A stretch of DNA of 64,000 bases from a bacterium (GTDB taxonomy: Bacteria; SZUA-79; Acidulodesulfobacterales; Acidulodesulfobacteraceae), in assembly GCA_021811805.1 (NCBI GenBank), contig JAKAQA010000001.1:533-64532 (forward strand), read 5' to 3'. Below the pieces are notes generated by a model that saw nothing but the letters and a program-made list of their open reading frames with translations, ran no database searches and was not told the DNA's origin. The stretch's first letter is position 1. Each line of letters opens with the position of its first letter. Of this stretch, positions 48,183 to 56,459 are shown in pieces. Position numbers and translations under genes: made by a program.

Positions 48183-48883
48183 TTATTTAATTTCGCCGGC
48201 CTGTTTCCGAATATTGCGGTTCCAAGCCGTATTATAGTCGCCCCTTCTTCTATAGCGGTTTCAAAATCGTCCGAAGTGCCCATGGAAAGGACTGAAAGCT
48301 CTTCTTTATAAATGCTTTTAATATTTATATCCAGAAGAAGTTCTTTTAAGAGTTTAAAATATTTTCTATTTTCCGTCCCCTGCGGGGGCATCGCCATAAA
48401 ACCCTTAAGTTTTAAGGCTTCAAGCCTGTTTAGTTCGATAATCAAATTATGCAAATAATCTATAGAAATGCCGTTTTTGGTTTTTTCGCCGGCAAGATTG
48501 ACTTCTATTAAGATATTAGTAATCGTATTTTTGGCAATGGAATATTTTTCAATAATTTTAGCGAGTTCTATGTCGCCTACGGAGTGGATTAAACCTACGT
48601 TTCCGATTATATATTTAACCTTATTTTTTTGCAACCGTCCGATTATATGCCAGCTAATGTCCTTATTTTTACTAAGCCGTCCAAATTTAGACAAAAATTC
48701 CTGAACGTAGTTTTCTCCGAAAATTTTTATGCCGCCGTTATATGCTTCGATTATTTCTTCGAGGGTTCTTGTTTTAGAAGCCGCCAGTATAGTAATATCG
48801 GAGAAATTACGGCCGCTTTCTTCGGCAGCTGTTTTGACCCTTTTATTTATATTTTTTATATTGTCTGATATTATGATATTTAT
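48179..48883 (-). CDS. yggS: PLP-homeostasis protein YggS (alanine racemase N-domain fold); start codon non-canonical
   Basis: The track ORF (48179..48694, TTG) lacks the N-terminal third. The same frame stays open upstream and encodes NIIISDNIKNINKRVKTAAEESGRNFSDITILAASKTRTLEEIIEAYNGGIKIFGENYVQE, which includes the PLP lysine (AASK). There is no in-frame ATG/GTG/TTG. Candidate starts are ATA 48883, ATC 48877 and ATA 48874. Confidence 0.75.
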   Translation of the reverse strand: MNIIISDNIKNINKRVKTAAEESGRNFSDITILAASKTRTLEEIIEAYNGGIKIFGENYVQEFLSKFGRLSKNKDISWHIIGRLQKNKVKYIIGNVGLIHSVGDIELAKIIEKYSIAKNTITNILIEVNLAGEKTKNGISIDYLHNLIIELNRLEALKLKGFMAMPPQGTENRKYFKLLKELLLDINIKSIYKEELSVLSMGTSDDFETAIEEGATIIRLGTAIFGNRPAKLNK

Positions 48884-49713
48884 TCCCTGCCCCGCTTTAA
48901 AAGTTCCATAGCTTTTTTTAGACTTATCTGCATTCGGTTGAAAGATTTTGCAAGAGAACCTATTTCGTCGTTTCTAGGATGAGTAATTTCTTCTTCAAAA
49001 TGACCCTTAGATATTTCGTCCGCAAGTTTCGACATTTTTGCTATGGGTTTGATTATTGCACTTTTTATAATGAAATATAAGAATAAGATTATAAGGACTA
49101 TAAAAATTAAGGCGATGACCGCTGTCTCTTTAGTGAAAATTTTTTGAGAATTCCTTAACGGTTTCAGGGAGTAGATTAATTTAACGCCGCCGAGAATATC
49201 GCCGGACGAAGCTTTTGTATGGCACATAAGACAGTTTATGCCTCTAGAATTTGTTTTTGCCACAAAAGGCACGCCCACTATAAGTTCGTAAGGTACCCCG
49301 TTTTTAGAAACAATCTCGGTTTTGGTTTTTTTTGACTTTAATATTTTATCGTCAAATGGAGAATTAGGCATTTCTTCTCTAAGCCCTTTGCCGAATTCCA
49401 TGTTCACGATGTTTCCCCTGATAACCTTAAATCCCTTTATCCCTTTAATTTTTTTATAAATAGAAAAAAGCTGTCTTCTATCTCTTTTTTTCATTATAGT
49501 TCCGTTCAACATCATTGCATTGATGCTCGAAAGCGTGGTTTTTGCCGTAACTATAGCGTCGTGTTTCGTTAAAGATATAGTTAGCTGCTTTTGAAGATTG
49601 TAAGTGTTGTAGGCGATTAAGGCAATAGGAATGATGACTAATAATAAGAGCGGAATGATAATTTTTGTTTCAATAGATACGTCCTTAATAGACTGAAAAA
49701 GGCCTTTCGGCAT
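48880..49713 (-). CDS. Membrane sensor-like protein: periplasmic CxxCH heme-type domain + TM + HAMP, no output domain
   Basis: 277 aa with an N-terminal TM, NCLMCH in the periplasmic part, a second TM, then the HAMP-like IKPIAKMSKLADEISKGHFEEEI...NDEIGSLAKSFNRM. The protein ends about 15 aa later. Confidence 0.65.
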   Translation of the reverse strand: MPKGLFQSIKDVSIETKIIIPLLLLVIIPIALIAYNTYNLQKQLTISLTKHDAIVTAKTTLSSINAMMLNGTIMKKRDRRQLFSIYKKIKGIKGFKVIRGNIVNMEFGKGLREEMPNSPFDDKILKSKKTKTEIVSKNGVPYELIVGVPFVAKTNSRGINCLMCHTKASSGDILGGVKLIYSLKPLRNSQKIFTKETAVIALIFIVLIILFLYFIIKSAIIKPIAKMSKLADEISKGHFEEEITHPRNDEIGSLAKSFNRMQISLKKAMELLKRGRE

Positions 49714-49782
49714 AATAACACCCCTTTAATTCATATTAATTAATTTAACATTTAATAATAATATTTTAAATTAAATCAATCG

Positions 49783-52113
49783 TTATTTTGCCTTTTCCGG
49801 CTGTAACGTCCATGCGGCGTAATCGCATTTAGGGTAGCTGGAGCATCCGAAAAACCTTCTACCCTTTTTCGTTCTTTTTTCCACAAGGTAGCCGCCGCAT
49901 CCCGTCGGGCACGGAATTTTGGATTTATTTAATTTGACCGGTATGGGTTTTATGTTTTTGCACTCCGGATATCCGCTGCATGAAAGAAACTTGCCGTATC
50001 TGCCGGCTTTTATTATCATGGGTTTTCCGCATTTTTCGCAAATCTCGCCGGTTTCTTCCGTGTCTGCGGTATTACCTTCGTTATTCGCATTGTCTTTTGG
50101 AAGTTCTTTCGTATTTTTGCACTCCGGATATCCGCTGCATGCAAGAAATTTCCCAAATCTGCCCATTTTTATCACCATGGGTTTTCCGCATTTTTCGCAA
50201 ATTATATCGGTCGGTTCAGACGAGCCTTTTATGTTTTTAATATTAACCTTAGCGTCTTTAAAGCTTTTCATAAATTTATCGTAAAAATCGGTCAACAGGT
50301 CGTTTTTGTTAATCAATCCGTTTTCGATATTATCTAATCCGACTTCCATATTTGCCGTAAACTTTAAATTTATTATATCTGAAAATCCTGCCTTTAATAT
50401 ATCCGAAACGGTCATTCCCAATTCGGTAGGTTTAAATTTTTGGGTGGCGCCGCCTTTTTTTGATACATCCGCCGATTCAGTAGTCATAGCAACGTAATCT
50501 TTTGTTTTTATGTTTGCTATTATGCTCTGATATGTCGAAGGCCTGCCTATGCCGTTTTCGTCCAAGGCTTTGACCAAGCTTGCTTCGGTGTATCTGGGAG
50601 GGGGGGAAGTAAAATGCTGAAGGGTATCGACTTTTTTTACCGAGGCAGGGTCGCCTTTTGAAAGAAGTTCGAATATTTTTATTATTGATGAAGAAGATGT
50701 TTCCGGCGGCGTTTCATTTTCGTCACCAGAATCCTCTTTATTCTTAAGGTTTTCGTTTATAACTTTTTGGAATCCGTCGAATTTCAAAATACTTTCCGTT
50801 GTTTTAAAACCGTATTCGGTTTTTTTGGTATTTTTCGGCTCTTCGTATAGCCCTTTTACGGTTAGGCTATACTGGTCGTAAATGCTTTCGCTCATCAAAG
50901 AAGCGGTAAAATAAGTCCATATAAGGTTATAAAGCTTATATTCGTCTGGGGTCAGATAGCTTTTAATTTTTCTGGGCGTCAGCAATATATCGGTGGGTCT
51001 TATCGCTTCATGGGCGTCCTGCACCTTTTTCGCTTCGGCTGCAACCTTCCCTTTTCTTTTAATGCCCGATTTATCATAAAGATAATCGGAACCGTAAGTA
51101 TTATTTATAAATTCTTTTGCATGTCCTTCGGATTCGGCGGAAATTCTTGTAGAATCGGTTCTCATATATGTAATAAGGCCTAAAGGCCCCATAGGTTTAT
51201 TGCTGACGCCTTCCACGGAACCGAGTTCTATTCCTTCATATAGTTTTTGGGCGACGGACATTGTTTTTTTAACGGGAAACCGCAATATTTTTGCGGCCTC
51301 CTGCTGGAGAGTACTTGTTATGAAAGGAAGAGGCGCTTTTCTCGCCGCCTGTTTTTTAATTATATCGCCTATTGCATAACCGCCCGCTATCTTAAGAAGG
51401 ATTTCTTTTAATTCGCCCGCTTCTTTTTCTGTTTTTATTGCCGGTTCTTTGCCGTTTATTTTAACAAGTTCTCCTTCAATGTTTGCCGAATAATTATTAT
51501 CTTTGTTTTTTATATCGAAAAGAGCTTTAAACGTCCAAAATTCTTCTTTTACGAAAGCATTTATTTCCTTCTCTCTTTCTACTATAAGGTATAATGCTAT
51601 AGATTGAACTCTTCCGGCAGAAAGGCCCCTTCTGATTTTTTCCCATAAAAAGGGACTGAGATTATAGCCGACGAGCCTGTCTAAAATTCTACGAGCTTTT
51701 TGGGATTCATACATTGATTTATTTAAAACGGTAGGATTTTCAATTGCATTTATAACTTTATCTTTGGTTATTTCGTGAAAAAGCACCCTCTTTATTTCAG
51801 GTTTTTTGCCCTTAATTTCATCGATAATTTCTTTTATGTTCCATGCTATCGCCTCTCCTTCTCTATCGGGGTCGGGAGCCAGATAGACCGTGTCCGCGTT
51901 TTTTGCAAGTTTTTTAATTTCTTCGACGGCCTTTTCTTTTCCTTTTATGATTTCATATTTAGGTTCGAACCCGTTTTCTATATCCACGCCGATAGAACTT
52001 TTAGGCAAATTTTTAATATGTCCTACGGTAGCTTTAACGATATAATCAGACCCTAAGTATTTATTTATAGTGTTGGCTTTAGACGGAGATTCGACAAGAA
52101 CAAGATTTTTCAT
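49783..52113 (-). CDS. topA: DNA topoisomerase I with three C-terminal C4 zinc ribbons
   Basis: 776 aa. TOPRIM MKNLVLVESPSKA, DPDREGE, the active-site region GLITYMRTDS, and three CxxC...CxxxxxC ribbons. Confidence 0.96.
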   Translation of the reverse strand: MKNLVLVESPSKANTINKYLGSDYIVKATVGHIKNLPKSSIGVDIENGFEPKYEIIKGKEKAVEEIKKLAKNADTVYLAPDPDREGEAIAWNIKEIIDEIKGKKPEIKRVLFHEITKDKVINAIENPTVLNKSMYESQKARRILDRLVGYNLSPFLWEKIRRGLSAGRVQSIALYLIVEREKEINAFVKEEFWTFKALFDIKNKDNNYSANIEGELVKINGKEPAIKTEKEAGELKEILLKIAGGYAIGDIIKKQAARKAPLPFITSTLQQEAAKILRFPVKKTMSVAQKLYEGIELGSVEGVSNKPMGPLGLITYMRTDSTRISAESEGHAKEFINNTYGSDYLYDKSGIKRKGKVAAEAKKVQDAHEAIRPTDILLTPRKIKSYLTPDEYKLYNLIWTYFTASLMSESIYDQYSLTVKGLYEEPKNTKKTEYGFKTTESILKFDGFQKVINENLKNKEDSGDENETPPETSSSSIIKIFELLSKGDPASVKKVDTLQHFTSPPPRYTEASLVKALDENGIGRPSTYQSIIANIKTKDYVAMTTESADVSKKGGATQKFKPTELGMTVSDILKAGFSDIINLKFTANMEVGLDNIENGLINKNDLLTDFYDKFMKSFKDAKVNIKNIKGSSEPTDIICEKCGKPMVIKMGRFGKFLACSGYPECKNTKELPKDNANNEGNTADTEETGEICEKCGKPMIIKAGRYGKFLSCSGYPECKNIKPIPVKLNKSKIPCPTGCGGYLVEKRTKKGRRFFGCSSYPKCDYAAWTLQPEKAK

Positions 52114-53108
52114 ATTTTTTTTATAATCCCTCCAGGGCGCCTTTCTATTTCAGAATTCATTTCAAGTATCGAAATTGCCTTTATGATTTCTTTTTCGTCC
52201 ACGTTTAATTTAATATTGCTTAGTTTTAATAAATTGTCAATAGTAATATTTTCTTTTTCCAAAGAATTTATTATAAATTTTTGGATAGAATTATATTCTT
52301 TTTTAATTACCGTAATGCTTATATCAGGTTTCTTATCGGGCGCCATAGTATATTTCGAATATTTCCGCTCAAAAATATTTACCGGTTTGCCGGCGTTTTC
52401 AAATTTTTTTATGATTGACGACAAAGAGCTTTTTTCGGACAAATATAGAACAACCATTTTTTGAGATAAATGAAAAGCAAGGCTGTTTCTTAAGGCAAAA
52501 CCGTATTTTGAATTTTTAGAAAAAGGGTCTATTGCAGAAATATGCAAAAAATTGGGCTTTGTTTTATTTAAGGCGGTTAAATCCGGCAGAGGGTTTGACG
52601 GCAGAATTATTAATGAAGTATTTCCCGAAAATTTTTTAATAAATTCCATTTCGGCTTCGCTGTTTGTTCCGACGCAGATAAAATCAAATTTTGGCTTGTC
52701 GGCGGCATTGGAAAGATATAAATCTAAATTGTTAAAAATATCGGCGCCCGGTTTATAAATTTTTGCGCCCTTGAATCTTGACGACGTTAAAAAAATACCG
52801 TTAGCCGACCTTATTTTCGATTCCAAAGAGCCGCCCGCATCAAATACATCGGCATTGTCGTATATATGTAAAAATTGCGGCAAAGCGGGAGAAAGGGATT
52901 TCTTTCCGTAATAATTTATTAACCGGCTTGTTTTTACGGGTTTTATTTTAAATTTATACAATAAATTAATTTCATCTTCCACCTCGGCTTTAAATATTGC
53001 GTAAAAATCGTTATTTTCAAAACTACCTCCGGCAACCCCCTTTTGTTTAGAGGCGGTTTTTAAAATAATCCTGTAATTAAAGTATAATCTATAATCTTCT
53101 ATATCCAT
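52110..53108 (-). CDS. Divergent DprA/Smf-like protein
   Basis: 332 aa in the conserved position immediately upstream of topA (4-nt overlap). There is a residual Rossmann-core pattern (FALRNSLAFHLSQKMVVLYLSEKSSLSSIIKKFENAGKPVNIF) and a C-terminal winged-helix-like tail. Canonical DprA motifs are degenerate. Confidence 0.45.
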   Translation of the reverse strand: MDIEDYRLYFNYRIILKTASKQKGVAGGSFENNDFYAIFKAEVEDEINLLYKFKIKPVKTSRLINYYGKKSLSPALPQFLHIYDNADVFDAGGSLESKIRSANGIFLTSSRFKGAKIYKPGADIFNNLDLYLSNAADKPKFDFICVGTNSEAEMEFIKKFSGNTSLIILPSNPLPDLTALNKTKPNFLHISAIDPFSKNSKYGFALRNSLAFHLSQKMVVLYLSEKSSLSSIIKKFENAGKPVNIFERKYSKYTMAPDKKPDISITVIKKEYNSIQKFIINSLEKENITIDNLLKLSNIKLNVDEKEIIKAISILEMNSEIERRPGGIIKKI

Positions 53109-53176
53109 ACGAATAATAATAAGATAAAATAAAAAAAAATAAAATAATTATTTTGCTTCCGAATATTCCGATTGAC

Positions 53177-53185
53177 TGTTATAAT
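53177..53185 (+). promoter_or_regulatory. Candidate extended -10 promoter (TGtTATAAT)
   Basis: CTGTTATAAT lies 57 nt upstream of ATG 53242. No clear -35 hexamer. Confidence 0.3.
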
Positions 53186-53241
53186 GATTAGCTGTATAAA
53201 AAAAATAAAATATTGTTAACGCGAGTTAAATTTAAAAAATT

Positions 53242-54585
53242 ATGGCCGGAACGACCGGAACGAAAATTTATTTTGCCTGTATAGCATTTTTTCTTGCCGT
53301 TTTTTTATCCCCTTCGCTATCTATAGGAAGAACTTTCGGAAATGAAAACGGCCAAAATAAAGGCAATGTGTTAAGAATAGCGTTGGCGCTTCCAACCCAA
53401 GGAAGATTTGCATTCTTCACCAAGCAGTTTATAAACGGACTTCTCCTTAGTCTTAATAAGCGGGGCGGTTTAAATATAAAATATTCAATAGTCAACCTGC
53501 CTGTAAGCGCCGACGGCAGAAGCATCGGTAATATGTTTGATTCTTTATCTAAAAAAAGGGTAAGCGCCGTGATAGGGCCTCTCTTCGGAGGTCAGTTAAA
53601 ATACTTCGCGTCCGATTCGGTTAAATTTAAAATTCCGGTGATAACCCCGTCGCCGATTGTCGCCAAAGAAGATTTATCCCCCTTTGTTTTTAGTTACGGT
53701 ATGACTTTAAAGCAGGAGATAAGAACGGAAATGAAATATGCCGCATATGCAGGCATAAGGTCTATTTCCGCGATATATCCGGATAGCGGTTACGGTTTAA
53801 AAATTATGTCTTATATAAACTTATTTTCAAAAAAGTACGGCGTAAACGTCTTGAATACAACAGGATATAGCGGGAAAACCGTCGATTTTTTTTATAATTT
53901 TAATTCGATAGTCAAGTTTAACAATGTAGGCAATACTCATGTATCGAAGGCGGAACAGGCTCAGCTCGGTATTACTCCTTACAACCTTATGCACGGCATA
54001 ACAAAGTCTAAGCCGGATATACCGTTTAACGGTCTTTTCGTAATCGGCAGTCCTTCCAAACTCGAACTGATTTTAACCCAGCTTGCTTATTACAATATCA
54101 CAGGGTTTCCTATATTCGGGCTAAGTTCTTTAGATTCAAGGTCTTTTATGGAAAAGTACGGTTTTTATATGCAAAACGCAATTTTTCCGGACGGATTTTT
54201 CAAGCATGACGATAATAAAATAGTAAAAAAATTCAGTTCGGATTACAAAGATACATATGGAGAAATGCCAAATATACTCAGCGCCGAAGGATACGATATC
54301 GGAGGAATAATAATTAAGGCGGCGGAGAAGGCGAGCATTTCCGATTATGCCGCAGTTTCCGAAAGTCCGTATAATTATCCGAATTCAAGCGGCGTGCGGT
54401 CAAAAAACGTTTCGGCTTTTTCGGGAAAAGGCAACGGAGTAAAATTTTACCGCGCCCTTCTAAAAGTTAAAACGTTTAAGGGGGTCTGCGGAATCAGCAA
54501 ATTAACCGGCGGCAGATTTAAAAAGCCGCTTTATCTGTTTAAATATAAAAATAATAAGATTTATATCCTCGAAAGTCCTTTTTAA
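53242..54585 (+). CDS. Secreted periplasmic-binding-protein type 1 fold protein (LivK / LpoA C-domain-like)
   Basis: 447 aa with an N-terminal signal-like hydrophobic segment, then LRIALALPTQGRFA...VSAVIGPLFG, a pattern typical of the Leu/Ile/Val-binding fold. Confidence 0.5.
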   Translation: MAGTTGTKIYFACIAFFLAVFLSPSLSIGRTFGNENGQNKGNVLRIALALPTQGRFAFFTKQFINGLLLSLNKRGGLNIKYSIVNLPVSADGRSIGNMFDSLSKKRVSAVIGPLFGGQLKYFASDSVKFKIPVITPSPIVAKEDLSPFVFSYGMTLKQEIRTEMKYAAYAGIRSISAIYPDSGYGLKIMSYINLFSKKYGVNVLNTTGYSGKTVDFFYNFNSIVKFNNVGNTHVSKAEQAQLGITPYNLMHGITKSKPDIPFNGLFVIGSPSKLELILTQLAYYNITGFPIFGLSSLDSRSFMEKYGFYMQNAIFPDGFFKHDDNKIVKKFSSDYKDTYGEMPNILSAEGYDIGGIIIKAAEKASISDYAAVSESPYNYPNSSGVRSKNVSAFSGKGNGVKFYRALLKVKTFKGVCGISKLTGGRFKKPLYLFKYKNNKIYILESPF

Positions 54586-54602
54586 TTCTAAAATCCGTTT
54601 GC

Positions 54603-54986
54603 CTATTTTAATATAAATTCTTTAAGTACGGAGGCATTATTGTTTATTTCGTCTTTTAGTCCGTATAATAATGTTATATTTTTGCCGTCGGTTTTTAATA
54701 ATCCGGATATTTCCGCAATAGAATTTTTATGACCCGTATTGCTGGACGTGTCATAGTTACGGCTGTATTCGGAAAGTTCCCGCAAGTATCTTTTTTTAAA
54801 TTCCTTAAAATCTATTGCCGCCTTATGAAATGTTTTCCTTAATTCGTTAGAAGGGGCTATGTCTTTAAACCAGAAGTCTAATTTTGCCTTTTCTTTGCTT
54901 ATGCCTCTCGGCCATAGCCTGTCCACCAATATTCTTATGCCGTCTTTAGCCGCAGGCTCGTCGTAAATTCTTTTTATATCGAGCAT
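54603..54986 (-). CDS. DUF488 (YeaO-like) family protein
   Basis: 127 aa with KRIYDEPAAKDGIRILVDRLWPRGISKEKAKLDFWFKDIAPSNELRKTFH, which closely matches the YeaO pattern. Confidence 0.85.
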   Translation of the reverse strand: MLDIKRIYDEPAAKDGIRILVDRLWPRGISKEKAKLDFWFKDIAPSNELRKTFHKAAIDFKEFKKRYLRELSEYSRNYDTSSNTGHKNSIAEISGLLKTDGKNITLLYGLKDEINNNASVLKEFILK

Positions 54987-55026
54987 AATATTTTACTCCC
55001 CGTGTTTAATTAAATTATATCTCATA

Positions 55027-55234
55027 CCCTAATCCCGATTTAGGAATTTATTTTCTGGCATTTCCATCCGTATCAAAGACATGCTTCGATAAACACGGAT
55101 GGAAATATCGCTTTCGCGGGAATGACAATATGGGGATTTAAGATTTCACCCAACGGGTGTCATTCCCGCGGAAGCGGGAATCCAGCGTTATTTAGCATTA
55201 GAACTTATAAATATTTTCTAAATCGGGATTTGGG
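55027..55234. mobile_element. MITE-like palindromic element, copy C (inverted relative to B, one hairpin module exchanged)
   Basis: Terminal repeats CCCTAATCCCGATTTAGGAA ... TTCTAAATCGGGATTTGGG. A perfect 6-bp target duplication CTCATA flanks it (55021-55026 and 55235-55240). Confidence 0.8.
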
Positions 55235-55317
55235 CTCATATATAACTATAGAAAAAATTTTAAGATATAATTAAAATAGAATAATTAAAATTTTGTTAAT
55301 TTACATTTGAAGACAAA

Positions 55318-55845
55318 ATGACCGAAAATGAATTTATAAATATTCTTAAAACCGGCGATTTCAAAGAGCGTTTCGATGCCGTAAGCAGGGCTGAAACCTT
55401 TTATCTCATACATGCCTTAACCGATAAAGACGAAAACGTAAGATATAAAGTCGCTTCGAGAATACCGTCGGAAAATTTGACAGCCCTAATAAACGATCCG
55501 TACAAAGAAGTTCGTTTAATCGTTGCAAAAAGAATAGACGCAAAAGAACTGCCTAAAATGCTAAATGATAAATCTTTCTGGGTAAGGCATGCCGCGGCGG
55601 AAAGAATAGACGAATCTTTCCTGCCTTCATTAATAGGCGACAAAGAACCTATAGTCAGAATTAAAGTCGCTGAGAGAATAAATCCAAAATATTTAAAAGA
55701 TATGGCAAAAGACGGCGAAGCATTAGTGAGGAAAGCCGTAGCGAAAAGAATCCCCGAAGAATACCTTTCTTTGATGCAAAACGACGAAAGCGAAAGCGTG
55801 AGAAATATAGTATCTGAAAGACTAACTTATATAACGACAAAATGA
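55318..55845 (+). CDS. Leucine-rich-variant (LRV)/HEAT-like repeat protein, six 24-residue repeats
   Basis: 175 aa with the exactly 24-aa periodic unit D-x4-VR-x2-VA-x-RI-x4-L-x2-L, repeated from DKDENVRYKVASRIPSENLTALIN onward. Confidence 0.7.
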   Translation: MTENEFINILKTGDFKERFDAVSRAETFYLIHALTDKDENVRYKVASRIPSENLTALINDPYKEVRLIVAKRIDAKELPKMLNDKSFWVRHAAAERIDESFLPSLIGDKEPIVRIKVAERINPKYLKDMAKDGEALVRKAVAKRIPEEYLSLMQNDESESVRNIVSERLTYITTK

Positions 55846-56435
55846 AGACCGTTCTTATTACCGGTTCTACCGACGGCATGGGCAAACAGACCGCCATTAT
55901 TCTGGATAGAGGCTACGCTTCAGATAAATCATCTTTCCATGTTTTTCTTACTTTAAATCTGCTTTCCGTTATCAAACCGGTAAATGCGGAACCCGCCCGC
56001 ATAATTAACGTAAGCTCTATGGCGCATGCTTCAAAAATGGATTTCGACAATCTTATTAAACCTGCAAAATACGACGGACACAGAGCCTACAGTCTTTCCA
56101 GGCTGTGCAGCATTTATTTTACGATTGAGTTAAGCGAAGGGCTTAAATATAAAAATATCACCGTAAACTGCCTGCATCCCGGAGTTATAAACACAAAACT
56201 TTTAAGGGCAGGATGGGGCGGAATAGGCGGATTTTTCGGCAGCGGTTTATCTAAAGGAGCTAAAACCTCTGTTTATCTGGCCGTTTCCAAAGAAGTAGAA
56301 AGTATTACCGGAAAATATTTCAGTGATTCAAAAATAGCAAAACCGCGCGACATAGCCTATGATAAAGATGCAAGGGCAAAACTATGGAGGCTGAGCGAAG
56401 AATTAATAAATAGAAATATTTATGAAATTGTATGA
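55842..56435 (+). CDS. Short-chain dehydrogenase/reductase remnant (large internal deletion, catalytic Lys replaced); possible pseudogene
   Basis: 197 aa. TVLITGSTDGMGKQTA (TGxxxGxG) is joined after about 15 aa to ...HVFLTLNLL...ARIINVSS. The catalytic motif YSLSR has Arg in place of the YxxxK lysine. Confidence 0.6.
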   Translation: MKTVLITGSTDGMGKQTAIILDRGYASDKSSFHVFLTLNLLSVIKPVNAEPARIINVSSMAHASKMDFDNLIKPAKYDGHRAYSLSRLCSIYFTIELSEGLKYKNITVNCLHPGVINTKLLRAGWGGIGGFFGSGLSKGAKTSVYLAVSKEVESITGKYFSDSKIAKPRDIAYDKDARAKLWRLSEELINRNIYEIV

Positions 56436-56459
56436 TATTAATTATTTTTAGGAGATCCT

